A stretch of 63,800 bases of DNA, the filler included, from an uncultured Methanosarcinales archaeon (lineage in GTDB: Archaea; Nanobdellota; Nanobdellia; Woesearchaeales; CAZKBD01), in the NCBI GenBank assembly GCA_964550945.1. It is 3 parts of 3 records of this genome, joined end to end, with 100 filler letters (N's around TTAATTAATTAA, not from the genome) between each part and the next. Parts side by side here need not be neighbours in the genome. Positions count along the whole stretch, not along the records: positions 1 to 27,454 come from CAZKBD010000016.1; 2 more parts are not named here. One strand, given 5' to 3'. Both the position numbers and the translations under genes were made by a program. Each line of letters starts with the position of its first letter. The stretch's first letter is position 1. Positions 1 through 9,175 of this stretch are shown one piece after another. The notes under the pieces were generated by a model. That model worked only from the letters and a program-made list of their open reading frames with translations. It was not told the origin of the DNA and made no database searches.

Positions 1-1
1 G

Positions 2-418
2 AGAGTCAGAGGCATTGCTATTAGAGATGAACTAACTGATGAATGGAAGAAAACAGACGTCAAAACAGAGAGAGAATACTCCATATTAACAGCAGAGATA
101 TCAAAAGCCACTTTTGGCATGACCCCCAGTGAATATAAAGAATTTAAGGGATTGAAAAAAGAGAACTTTAGAGACCATATGAACGATTTGGAGCTTATTT
201 TTACAATGCTTGGTGAAGCATCCACTACAAGAATTGCGAAAGATAAAGATGCGCAAGGGCTTATTGAGAATAAAGAAGCCGCAAAGAAGTGTGGAATAGT
301 TGCGGGTGTAGCAAGAAGAGAACTTGAACAGCAAAGCATTCGAAAAGTATCCACACCAGAGAACTATCTTTCTGAACCTGAAAAGAAGAAAAAGTTAGAA
401 TATAAGAGCAAGAAGTAA
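2..418 (+). CDS. Bro-N/antirepressor-like protein, C-terminal part (5'-truncated by window edge)
   Basis: Frame open from base 2 (RVRGIAIRDELTDEW...RDHMNDLELIFTMLGEASTT), resembling the C-terminal region of Bro-N antirepressor-family proteins. Confidence 0.65.
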   Translation, partial: RVRGIAIRDELTDEWKKTDVKTEREYSILTAEISKATFGMTPSEYKEFKGLKKENFRDHMNDLELIFTMLGEASTTRIAKDKDAQGLIENKEAAKKCGIVAGVARRELEQQSIRKVSTPENYLSEPEKKKKLEYKSKK

Positions 419-808
419 CTGAACTTCCCTAGTTTGCTGTTAGAAATGCCTGTCATCAGTCAGTTAGCCCTTTTTCTCTACTCTGCGGACGCAGATTTTC
501 AGAACTTCGTAACTGAAAACGAGTTTAACACCGCACGGATACATTTTGAAGAAAAACGACCTCTTTTTAATTGATTAATTGGTTTACCATTATTTCTTAA
601 AATTTATCTTTAAAATCATTTATTCAAAATTGATTTATTCTTTGATTTTTCAGTTTAATGGTGAATAATCAACCATTGATTTTAAAATTAAAGGCGCTTC
701 TTTTTATTTTATACTGATTCCGATATTTTGACTTTATTCTTGTTTGAATGATTATGATTATATTTTTTATTATTTACTGAAAATCTCATGCAAACTATTT
801 TAGAAAGG

Positions 809-840
809 TTTAAATAGGAGTTATAACTACTGTTATAACT
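809..840 (+). promoter_or_regulatory. TATA box followed by two GTTATAAC palindromes (putative autorepression operator of the TA pair)
   Basis: TTTAAATA 809-816; GTTATAAC at 820-827 and 832-839, just upstream of ORF 862. Confidence 0.5.
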
Positions 841-861
841 GATGTTAAAAGAGGCTGTCAA

Positions 862-1140
862 ATGTGGATAGATGAGCTGAATAACAGGCTGGACCGGAAA
901 AAAGCAGAGATTACTTTTGATCCACACTTATTTGACAGGAAAGAGTATAGGAACCTTGATTTGGACAAGGTTGAAGAAACCGTCAGAACGGGAGTTATAT
1001 CTGAAAACAAGTGTGAAAAACCAACTAAGGTATGCTTCAAAAGGTATTATGGCAAAGAGAATATTACTTATACAGTAATTGTGAGATATCATCAAAATTT
1101 TATCGAGGTGAAAACATCATGGCTAAACAAAGGAAGATAA
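862..1140 (+). CDS. Small putative toxin (DUF4258/BrnT-RelE-like)
   Basis: 92 aa with H..DR...R.L..VEE and a C-terminal VKTSW strand; overlaps a downstream AbrB-type gene. Confidence 0.5.
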   Translation: MWIDELNNRLDRKKAEITFDPHLFDRKEYRNLDLDKVEETVRTGVISENKCEKPTKVCFKRYYGKENITYTVIVRYHQNFIEVKTSWLNKGR

Positions 1141-1439
1141 GATGTGATTGTGGAGGGTATTTAGAAGAGAAACTTACCTTTTTTGATGGCATTGAAACTG
1201 AAGCAATGGTTTGTTCAAAATGCGGTTTTACTACACTGACTAAGGATCATGCAAAAAGATATGCAAAATTGAAGGAATTGCATCAAATAATAGACGCAGA
1301 AAGGAAGATAATCAGGATAGGGAATTCCATGGGCGTTACATTGCCAGACAGGCTGCAAGAATTTGGCGCAAAAGTTGGCAAAAAAATCAAGACAGAAGCG
1401 CTAACACCACATTCTTTTAAAGTAGAATTAATCCAATAA
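1119..1439 (+). CDS. Zinc-ribbon plus AbrB/MazE-type DNA-binding protein (putative antitoxin)
   Basis: CxC...CxxC, then RKIIRIGNSMGVTLP (AbrB signature); ATG 1119 follows GAGGTG. Confidence 0.7.
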   Translation: MAKQRKIRCDCGGYLEEKLTFFDGIETEAMVCSKCGFTTLTKDHAKRYAKLKELHQIIDAERKIIRIGNSMGVTLPDRLQEFGAKVGKKIKTEALTPHSFKVELIQ

Positions 1440-1487
1440 ACTTTTTTTAGAAACATTTAAAAAGCAGCTATAATTTTCAGGTATAAA

Positions 1488-2015
1488 ATGGCTAGATTAA
1501 GAAAGTTTGTGTCATACAGGAAATTGGAAAGGCCTTACACAAGAGTGTCTAAATTCAGGGCTAAATCCTACATCAGGACTAATTCCAAGTCTTTAGTGGT
1601 GAGGTATGAGAGCGGAGACGTGAAAAAGAGTTTTGATTACACCATAAGCCTTGCCTCAAAGAGGGATTTGAACATAAGGGATAATGCGCTTGAAAGCGCA
1701 AGGCAGACGTCGATGAAGGTATTAGAGCCATTAGGCGCAAGCAATTATTATATAAAGCTGATGGTCTATCCTTTTCAGGTCTTAAGGGAAAATCCGTTAG
1801 CAGCAGGCGCTGGCGCAGACAGGTTTTCAACAGGCATGCAGAAGGCATTTGGCAAGCCAACAGGCCGAGCTGCAAGAATAAAGAAAGACCAGGTAATCTT
1901 CAATGTTAATGTTGATAAGGCAAATATAGAGCTAGCAAAAAAGGCTTTGACAAGAGCTAAGACAAAACTGCCCTGCTCATGCAGGCTTGAAATAAAAGAA
2001 AACAAACATATTTAA
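1488..2015 (+). CDS. rpl10e: 50S ribosomal protein L10e (uL16)
   Basis: ALESAR, YPFQVLRENPLAAGAGADRFSTGMQKAFGKP, KLP motifs of archaeal/eukaryotic L10e. Confidence 0.96.
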   Translation: MARLRKFVSYRKLERPYTRVSKFRAKSYIRTNSKSLVVRYESGDVKKSFDYTISLASKRDLNIRDNALESARQTSMKVLEPLGASNYYIKLMVYPFQVLRENPLAAGAGADRFSTGMQKAFGKPTGRAARIKKDQVIFNVNVDKANIELAKKALTRAKTKLPCSCRLEIKENKHI

Positions 2016-2053
2016 ATAACGGATTTCTTTAATAGATTAGTTCCATCTTAAAA

Positions 2054-2512
2054 ATGAATGCAATAGCAAGATTCATTATACGCTATTTTTTCAAAATAGC
2101 ATACACAGCCGGGCTAGTTTTTATCATACTTTTCCTGTCAACAACAAAAGCCCCTTCTGAATTTGGATTGTGGAAAGGCACTCCAGCAACATTAGCAGGT
2201 ATTGCTTCAGTTTTAGTAGTCACAGGGATCATAGGAGTTTATTTCACGTGCCGAAAATCATTTGCAAAAACATTAAGAAGCATTGGCTTATGGACTTTAA
2301 TCCCAGGGATAATCGCATTATTAACCAGCGTATTTGGAATAAACATGATCTATTCGTTAACGCAAAAGATAGTTAGCTTAGATGTTGCAAAGCCAATAAT
2401 CAACAGCTATATTGACACGAGAGTGCCAAAGGTGTGGACATTAACTGTCGTGTACATCTTCGTTGGCCTCTTTTTGTACATTAGCGGCGTTATAAAGCAG
2501 TTCTCTTATTAG
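2054..2512 (+). CDS. Hypothetical membrane protein
   Basis: About four hydrophobic segments in 152 aa. Confidence 0.6.
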   Translation: MNAIARFIIRYFFKIAYTAGLVFIILFLSTTKAPSEFGLWKGTPATLAGIASVLVVTGIIGVYFTCRKSFAKTLRSIGLWTLIPGIIALLTSVFGINMIYSLTQKIVSLDVAKPIINSYIDTRVPKVWTLTVVYIFVGLFLYISGVIKQFSY

Positions 2513-3421
2513 GCCTTTAATATCCAAAGCAGAATATTTTTTTGAGAATTCGCTGAATTTACTTTTTTCAATAATATCCTGTTTTGACAGGTATATCAAA
2601 ATCTTCTTATCGTATTTTTTGGTGTTCTCAAGCAGTTTAAGCTGGTCAGCAAGAGGATATGGCTCTGTCAGGTCTATAACATAGACAATCAAGTCGCAGC
2701 AGTACTTTAAAGCAAGATAAGCCTGCTTTTCAATATTGTTCATCTTGTCAAACCTATCCAAAGTTCCTGGCACGTCAATAAACTGGATATCATCTTTGTA
2801 GGCAAGATTGATGTTTTTTGTCGTGAAAGGATAACTTTTGATTTCTGCCTTCGAGCCGGTGAGCTTATACAATAAAGTGGTCTTGCCAACATTAGGGAAG
2901 CCGATTATAACAGCGCTAAACATCGAGGTTTTTATTGAGGGATAGCCCTTCATTATCTTTCTTGACTCCTCAATATAAGAAAGATGGTCTTTTATCTGGT
3001 TTAAAACAGAAGAAACGCGGCCATTAAATTCCCTCCTGTACTGGTTGATCAGCTGGATATTGCCAGCATTCTTTATTTTATTTTTATAGATCATAAAGAA
3101 GCTGTGTATCCTACCAGTACACCAGTTTACAGAACCAAGCGAATTTTTCAATGCCGGATAATCCAATGTAACCTTGACTAATTCGTTGTAGAATCTGGGC
3201 AAGGAGTCTATTGAAGGAAAGCTGACTAAGATATGCTGGAGGCTGTTGACTAAAGAATTCCTAATTGTCTCTATCCTTAACAGCTCAAGCTCTTTTGATT
3301 TTTCGGTTTTTTTCTTTTTTATCCTTTGCCTTCCTAATTTCAGCTTTTCATTAGCCCTGCGAAAAGCAAGGTCAAGGTAAAAATTTGGAGCTGCAACAGC
3401 AACTAATGACTGGAAGTTCAT
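2441..3421 (-). CDS. NOG1/Obg-family GTPase
   Basis: GFPNVGKT (G1), YPFTT (G2), DVPG (G3), SKQD (G4) and helical N-domain with LPRFYNEL. Confidence 0.9.
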   Translation of the reverse strand: MNFQSLVAVAAPNFYLDLAFRRANEKLKLGRQRIKKKKTEKSKELELLRIETIRNSLVNSLQHILVSFPSIDSLPRFYNELVKVTLDYPALKNSLGSVNWCTGRIHSFFMIYKNKIKNAGNIQLINQYRREFNGRVSSVLNQIKDHLSYIEESRKIMKGYPSIKTSMFSAVIIGFPNVGKTTLLYKLTGSKAEIKSYPFTTKNINLAYKDDIQFIDVPGTLDRFDKMNNIEKQAYLALKYCCDLIVYVIDLTEPYPLADQLKLLENTKKYDKKILIYLSKQDIIEKSKFSEFSKKYSALDIKGLIRELLYNAANVQKEANEDVHDS

Positions 3422-3563
3422 GATAGAAGTATATCCTGCTGATTTATAAATCTTCCCAAAACCGCAAGTTTTAAATATCTCGAATAGAATCTAACCAGAT
3501 TATGAAATTGTATTACGAAAACACTGCGATAGCGTTTTGAATTCTTCATTGGTAGATATCTAA

Positions 3564-4625
3564 GTGGCCAAAATGGATAACCTCAAAAGCCCTTCAATTT
3601 TTATCGGAGTTTATGGCGATGGTTACATTAGCTTTGGCTCTGGCCAGCCTGACCTGCCGCCGCCAGAAAGGGTATTCAAGATCCTTCCTAACTACCGATC
3701 ATTCAGATACGGGCCTGTACAAGGACAGCAGAACCTAAGAAAAGCATTATCAAATCAGTTCAGAAATTCTGATGAGAACGATTTTGTCATAACTAATGGC
3801 GCTTCTGAAGCGATTGACCTGGTTTTCAGGACAGTGTGCAGGCCAGGCGATAAGGTTTTGGTGCATAAGCCTTTTTACTATTCATATATACCTCTGCTGA
3901 TAAATGTAGGATTAAAGCCGATTTACACAGAGACAGCTGCAGGAAAAATAGACATAGATGATTTCAATAAAAAAGTGGGAGATTGCAAAGCTGTTTTAAT
4001 AAATTCTCCGTCAAACCCAACTGGAAGGGTCCAGGATATAAAAACATTAAAGGAGATTGAGAAGGTAACAAAAGACCTTGACAAAGTCATAGTTTCAGAC
4101 GAGGTCTACAAGGACCTGATTTACGAGAGGGAAAATTACATGCTGCATGGGAACCATGTAATTACGATTAATTCTTTTTCAAAAACATTTGCAATGTGCG
4201 GGTTGAGAGTAGGGTATATGTACTCTAATGACCGGAAGATAGTTCAGGATGTGATTGAGCTAAAGACGCATACCTCAATGAACACAAACTCGTTAGCCCA
4301 GGAGATGGCTTATGAGGCTACAAAAGTGCCAAGGAAATTCGTTGATGACCAGGTAAAGGTCTGGAAAGAGAGAAGGGATATTATCTATAAAGGGATGTGT
4401 GATCTTGGCCTTGACCTATGGAAGCCAGAGGGCGCTTTCTATGTTTTGCCAAAAGTGCCTGAGCCAAGAAAGTTTGTTTGGGAGATGTTCAAGAAATATA
4501 AAGTCATCACTTATCTAGGCGAGTGGTTTGGATCTCCAAAAAGGGTAAGATTCAGCTATGCTCTTGATAAGGATAAGATTGAAAAAGGATTAAAGCTGGT
4601 TGGGAAGTATTTAAAAGGCTGCTAG
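3564..4625 (+). CDS. PLP-dependent aminotransferase class I/II
   Basis: NSPSNPTG, SDEVY, SFSKTFAMCGLRVGY, GAFY. Confidence 0.92.
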   Translation: MAKMDNLKSPSIFIGVYGDGYISFGSGQPDLPPPERVFKILPNYRSFRYGPVQGQQNLRKALSNQFRNSDENDFVITNGASEAIDLVFRTVCRPGDKVLVHKPFYYSYIPLLINVGLKPIYTETAAGKIDIDDFNKKVGDCKAVLINSPSNPTGRVQDIKTLKEIEKVTKDLDKVIVSDEVYKDLIYERENYMLHGNHVITINSFSKTFAMCGLRVGYMYSNDRKIVQDVIELKTHTSMNTNSLAQEMAYEATKVPRKFVDDQVKVWKERRDIIYKGMCDLGLDLWKPEGAFYVLPKVPEPRKFVWEMFKKYKVITYLGEWFGSPKRVRFSYALDKDKIEKGLKLVGKYLKGC

Positions 4626-4630
4626 TCAGT

Positions 4631-5362
4631 TTATCTTGATACATATTTTATACCGCTATTTCTTTGCGGCTTCGGCGTTGGAGCCTTTAGCGGAGGTAAA
4701 GCACCAGGGTTATATCTCTCACATGCTGCATACAATATAGGTAATGATCCCCAGGATAGGTATCGTGGATTAGAGTTATCTCCATGAGCCTCATCTCTAG
4801 TTTTCTTTGTGCCTACAAAATAAAAAACGCGATGAGCTCCTTCAACTTGCCTCATCTCATTGAACCTACTAGTTATGTCCATTAAACTGTCTTTTGATAA
4901 GCTCAGGAGATCAAAACCATAGACAAAAGAGCCAGTTTTATCATTGACCTTAGGCGGTAGAATATCCTCTAGCCTTAATTGCCCATTGGCTGGTTGAGGT
5001 GCGCAGTAAAGCAAGTACGCATCATGTGGAGTAGTACGTCCGGTAGTACGTGCTAATTCACGGCCTGCACGGTTTATTAGGCCTAAATCAGTAAGATATC
5101 TCTGCTGCCGCGTTTCATCTGAAGGTTTAGAAGCTCCAAAATATGTATCCTGAGGAGTAGTACCCCACTCAATCGTAATTGCAGAAGAAGGTGAAGGGGT
5201 TAAGGTTGATTGTGCTGGATCAGCAGATTGGTGTAATGGTATGCCTGAGGAGTGCACATGCTCAGCGATCTTTCTGTCTTCGTCTAATCTTCTTTGTATA
5301 GCCCTTAAACTAGAATTAGTACGGTGATTTTCAAGTACCCTATCCAATAATCCAAATCTCAT
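4631..5362 (-). CDS. Hypothetical protein
   Basis: 243-aa ORF with no recognised motif. Confidence 0.5.
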   Translation of the reverse strand: MRFGLLDRVLENHRTNSSLRAIQRRLDEDRKIAEHVHSSGIPLHQSADPAQSTLTPSPSSAITIEWGTTPQDTYFGASKPSDETRQQRYLTDLGLINRAGRELARTTGRTTPHDAYLLYCAPQPANGQLRLEDILPPKVNDKTGSFVYGFDLLSLSKDSLMDITSRFNEMRQVEGAHRVFYFVGTKKTRDEAHGDNSNPRYLSWGSLPILYAACERYNPGALPPLKAPTPKPQRNSGIKYVSR

Positions 5363-5546
5363 TTTAGCGCCATAACTTAAGCATAACTATGAAAGTTAAT
5401 TTCAAGATTACCCCTTTTGGCACATGTGATTAGATATTATTACGCAACTCTATGTGATTATTACATCTAGTTATAATAAAGTATTTAAATGTTTTGTCAC
5501 AAAAGGGTACTAAAGAAGGATATATGAGAGTTTACTGACCTTTTTG

Positions 5547-5700
5547 TGTCAAAAACCATCCAATCAGAGATGGGTGGCATGATTTTAGCGCAGCTAATAT
5601 CATTCAGGTGGTTTTTGAGCATGCTCAGAAATATACCATGACTACAAAGGGTGTTGGGATTTGTCCATCAGTCAAACAGACTGATGGAATATTTCTGACA
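5547..5700. repeat. Bipartite palindromic repeat element (MITE/REP-like)
   Basis: TGTCAAAAACCA...TGGTTTTTGAGCATGCTCAGAAATAT...ATATTTCTGACA: two inverted-repeat arms joined by GAGCATGCTC; related copies at 20865-21142. Confidence 0.75.
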
Positions 5701-5701
5701 T

Positions 5702-6037
5702 ATGAAAACAATGCTTGACCCTAAAACCTTCAAATGCAATAGATGCGGAGAGTGCTGCAATAAATACCAGATTAAACTATCAAACAAAGATATAAAAGAA
5801 ATCAAAAAATTAGGTTATGAAGAAGACAAGTTTGCTGAGTATGATTGTGCTATAGGATGCAAAGTCCTGAAAAAGCATAACAATGAATGCATTTTCATAA
5901 AAAAGAAAAAAAACGAATATTTCTGCCAGATCTACCTGTCAAGGCCATTGGTATGCAGGAGATATCCCTTCTTTAAAAAGAATGTTGAGAGCTGCAAACC
6001 GGTATTGTTTAAGGATATTATTCATAAAACTCCTTAA
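5702..6037 (+). CDS. YkgJ-family cysteine-cluster protein
   Basis: CNRCGECC...CIF...CQIYLSRPLVCRRYPF. Confidence 0.88.
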   Translation: MKTMLDPKTFKCNRCGECCNKYQIKLSNKDIKEIKKLGYEEDKFAEYDCAIGCKVLKKHNNECIFIKKKKNEYFCQIYLSRPLVCRRYPFFKKNVESCKPVLFKDIIHKTP

Positions 6038-6887
6038 GAAACTTGATAAGCTCGTTAGCCTTCTCAAAATCCATAAATTCCTTTTTTGTCATTGCTGGAA
6101 TGTCTTTTGGCTTTTTTTTATTAAATATCACTAAGTTATCGGCATCAACTAATTTAGAGATTGAATCACTATCTGGACGCCTTTTATCCCCTACTTCTGT
6201 CAATATGATCTCCTTGCCCCTTTTGGCGATTATGTCAAATGGAACTCTTTTAGTTTCAGCTGCATTGAAGCCAAGGTCTGAGAAATGTTTTGTTAGATCA
6301 GATTTCCTGTCTATGTCCATATGGCTGTCAACAGAAAATATATCAATTTTATTGAAAACCTCATGGCCGAAGATATCATAAATCTTGAATGCCTTGTTAA
6401 GGGTTATTTCGCTGTTCCCGTCTTCGTATTTTGAAACCATCCTTGCGCTAACGCCAATCTTTTTGGAAATATTGCTTAATGACAAGCCAAGCTCTTCTCT
6501 TTTTTCTTTTAGTTTTTTGCCGATTACTGAGGCGGTTAGCCCTGCCTGGCTGCTTTTAATGAACGGATATTTGTTATGTATGCTTGCCTTAAATGTGTTA
6601 AGATTTAGGGTATAAACATCAAACCTTGAATAAACAACATTATCCTCCAGCCTATTGCCTGCCTTCTCAGATAGTATGATAGGGGAGCCATTTACATAGC
6701 TGCTGATTTTCTTCATTTCCTCTGCAAACTCAGGGCCAATTGAGTTAGCATCTTCCAGAAGTTTAATTAAGAGTATTGTATCATTTTTCCTAGCTAATGC
6801 GTCAAAACAAGTCCTGGTTAATCTCTTTATTGTGAAGCCCTCTTTAAGCAAGAATACTGCAAGTTTGTCCAATAAATTCTCTTTCAT
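6018..6887 (-). CDS. Archaeal HTH transcriptional regulator (COG1395-like)
   Basis: CFDALARK N-domain, Xre-type HTH (LKEKREELGLSLSNISKKIGVSARMVSKYE), PFDIIA C-domain. Confidence 0.8.
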   Translation of the reverse strand: MKENLLDKLAVFLLKEGFTIKRLTRTCFDALARKNDTILLIKLLEDANSIGPEFAEEMKKISSYVNGSPIILSEKAGNRLEDNVVYSRFDVYTLNLNTFKASIHNKYPFIKSSQAGLTASVIGKKLKEKREELGLSLSNISKKIGVSARMVSKYEDGNSEITLNKAFKIYDIFGHEVFNKIDIFSVDSHMDIDRKSDLTKHFSDLGFNAAETKRVPFDIIAKRGKEIILTEVGDKRRPDSDSISKLVDADNLVIFNKKKPKDIPAMTKKEFMDFEKANELIKFLKEFYE

Positions 6888-7091
6888 GCAGATACATTAT
6901 TGCCAGCCAATAAAAAGCTTTCTTTCTGATGGCTCAAGTTCTTTCATTTGGCCAACAGCTAATCCAGTTGCCTTCTGAAACGCCAAGTAAAATGAGAGCA
7001 AGTTGGTATACACTAAAACCCCGCATATTTCATTTACAGACTAATCTGAGTTTAATATTTCCATCCCCCTAATACTCTTTCATTCATCCTT

Positions 7092-7742
7092 CTATTTAGA
7101 GAGAGTTTTTTTGACTCTATTGGGAAGTTCTGGCAGATTCATTATTGAATGCAAGTATATTTCATGGCTATGCGTATATTCCCAATCAACTTCGTAACAC
7201 AACTTATAGATTCTGAGGGCATCTGAGGGACGGTAGGTTATAGAATTTTCTGACGAGTCTCTTGGATTGGTTCCTGCATAACGCATGAGTAGATGATCGA
7301 ACCAAACTAAAAAAGAGGGATTATGATAATGTAACCTAAGAATGTTGTTTTTGTTGCCAAAATATCCATTATTCCTCTTTTGCTGGCTTTCCCTAAATCC
7401 CCTCACAAAATGAGGAACGAATTGCTCTTCTAAATCCTTTGGCGGCTGCCGTTCTGATTTAGGAACATTAAGGCCAAGTCTTCCCAATGATTCATATAGA
7501 TGATGTACATTTTTAATCTCAACCCAATGAGAGTTTCTTCTGTTATGGGACACTACAGCATGCCTGCTTTCTAATTCCCTTATAACAATATCCACAAGAT
7601 CTTTAGTGTGGTGAGTAAATTTAAAGCTATTTGGCTGAGATGGCTTATAACCGTTATAAAGACAGCCTATCAAATACCACATCACTCCTGTCGGTTCTCC
7701 ATCAAAATAGTGCTCATTAACAGCTTTTCTTGTCCTGCCCAT
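7092..7742 (-). CDS. Degenerate two-motif LAGLIDADG-like protein
   Basis: NEHYF...WYLIGCLYNG and HFVRGFRESQ match the LAGLIDADG helix positions but lack the catalytic DG. Confidence 0.55.
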   Translation of the reverse strand: MGRTRKAVNEHYFDGEPTGVMWYLIGCLYNGYKPSQPNSFKFTHHTKDLVDIVIRELESRHAVVSHNRRNSHWVEIKNVHHLYESLGRLGLNVPKSERQPPKDLEEQFVPHFVRGFRESQQKRNNGYFGNKNNILRLHYHNPSFLVWFDHLLMRYAGTNPRDSSENSITYRPSDALRIYKLCYEVDWEYTHSHEIYLHSIMNLPELPNRVKKTLSK

Positions 7743-7836
7743 TTCAACCAGTTTTAGAGGAGAATGCGGCTAAATTTAAATATGTTATGACTAAAAACTA
7801 AAAAATTTTATAAATAAGCTGTTTTTATTAATATGC

Positions 7837-8367
7837 ATGATAATAACTATAGCTGGAAGAGCAGGGTCTGGAAAAAGCACTGTCGCAAGATTATTGGCTA
7901 AAAAACTCAGGCTAAAGCATTACTCAATGGGAGACCTGCAGAGGGAGATTGCCAGAGAAAAGGGAATTACTCTAATCGAGCTTGGCAGATTAGAGGAGAA
8001 AGATGATTCTATTGACCGCGAGCTTGATAACAAGCAAAAAGAGCTAGGAAAAAAAGAGGACAATTTTGTTATTGATGGAAGGCTGCCTGCTTTCTTTATT
8101 CCTAACTCCATTAAGATATTTCTAGATGCTGATGAAGAAACAAGGGCAAAAAGGATATTAAAGGATGATAGAGTTGAGGAGAATAATATTGACCTGAAAA
8201 AAACGATTGAGAATACAAGGGCAAGAGAGGAATCTGAAAACAAAAGATACAAGCAATTTTACGGCTATGACTGCTATGACAAGAGCAAATATGACTATGT
8301 AATTGATACTTCTGACCTTTCTGTAAAAGAGGTTGTTGATGATGTTTTAGAGATTATTGGGAAATAA
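7837..8367 (+). CDS. cmk: Cytidylate kinase, archaeal type
   Basis: IITIAGRAGSGKST, IDRELD, VIDGRL, YDYVIDTS. Confidence 0.92.
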   Translation: MIITIAGRAGSGKSTVARLLAKKLRLKHYSMGDLQREIAREKGITLIELGRLEEKDDSIDRELDNKQKELGKKEDNFVIDGRLPAFFIPNSIKIFLDADEETRAKRILKDDRVEENNIDLKKTIENTRAREESENKRYKQFYGYDCYDKSKYDYVIDTSDLSVKEVVDDVLEIIGK

Positions 8368-8531
8368 AGTATGAAAAGTGCTTGTATCTATTATCTATCT
8401 TTAATGATTTTTTTGCTAAAGGTTAGTCAGTTTCAATCTGAGATTGTTAGTTGAATAAAAATAGATATTGATTTTTAATAGATAATCTCGCAACATAGCG
8501 CTCGATAAATAATACAAAAATAACCCAAGGG

Positions 8532-9056
8532 TTATCCTCTATAAGCTTCTAAAAACTGTTCTAAAGCTGGAGTTCTTTCACGATACATTTCTCCCCAGAA
8601 ATGATTTTTAGGCGAACCAGCTAATTCATATGCCCCCCAGACTGCAATTTCCTTAAATGCTCTTTCAACTTCTGCGTCTAGTGGATGTATTGCTTTCCTA
8701 GCGTCATCCATTAAGACTAAATCAAATTTGCTAAAAAAGGCGTCATCAAATGTTTCCTTGAGAACTCCACCAACAATGTTTGGCTGCCAGCGTTGCCTAT
8801 CTAATTGAAATGAAAAATATATCGCTGGATGATTTTTTTCTGGATCGCTTCCTATTGCTACGGTATAGATTGTTCCTGAAGGAAGAACATAACAACCTCC
8901 TGTCTGAGGTTCATTTCTAGGATTATATTCTCTTCCTTGGCTATCTTGACCAACAATTAGGATTCCACCTTCACATGGGACACCAACAAAATAATTAACT
9001 ATCGCAAGAACTTCATTATCTTTGGGGTAACCTTGTTTTGATATTATTGCTACCAT
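8532..9056 (-). CDS. Hypothetical protein
   Basis: 174-aa ORF with no recognised motif. Confidence 0.5.
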   Translation of the reverse strand: MVAIISKQGYPKDNEVLAIVNYFVGVPCEGGILIVGQDSQGREYNPRNEPQTGGCYVLPSGTIYTVAIGSDPEKNHPAIYFSFQLDRQRWQPNIVGGVLKETFDDAFFSKFDLVLMDDARKAIHPLDAEVERAFKEIAVWGAYELAGSPKNHFWGEMYRERTPALEQFLEAYRG

Positions 9057-9175
9057 TTTCCCTATTTATCGTGGATTACAATTAAAGTATATAAATCTTT
9101 CTATGTATAACTATCATATAGTGATTACGTTTGTAAACCAAAATTTTAAATAAAACGAGTCTTTATTAATTTGTT

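Noticed and set aside
2..418. Prophage or provirus suggested by the antirepressor-like gene
   Set aside because: No integrase, capsid or packaging genes follow; such genes often stand alone
1032..1118. Longer N-terminus for the AbrB-type gene
   Set aside because: It overlaps the upstream gene by over 100 bp; ATG 1119 has a good RBS
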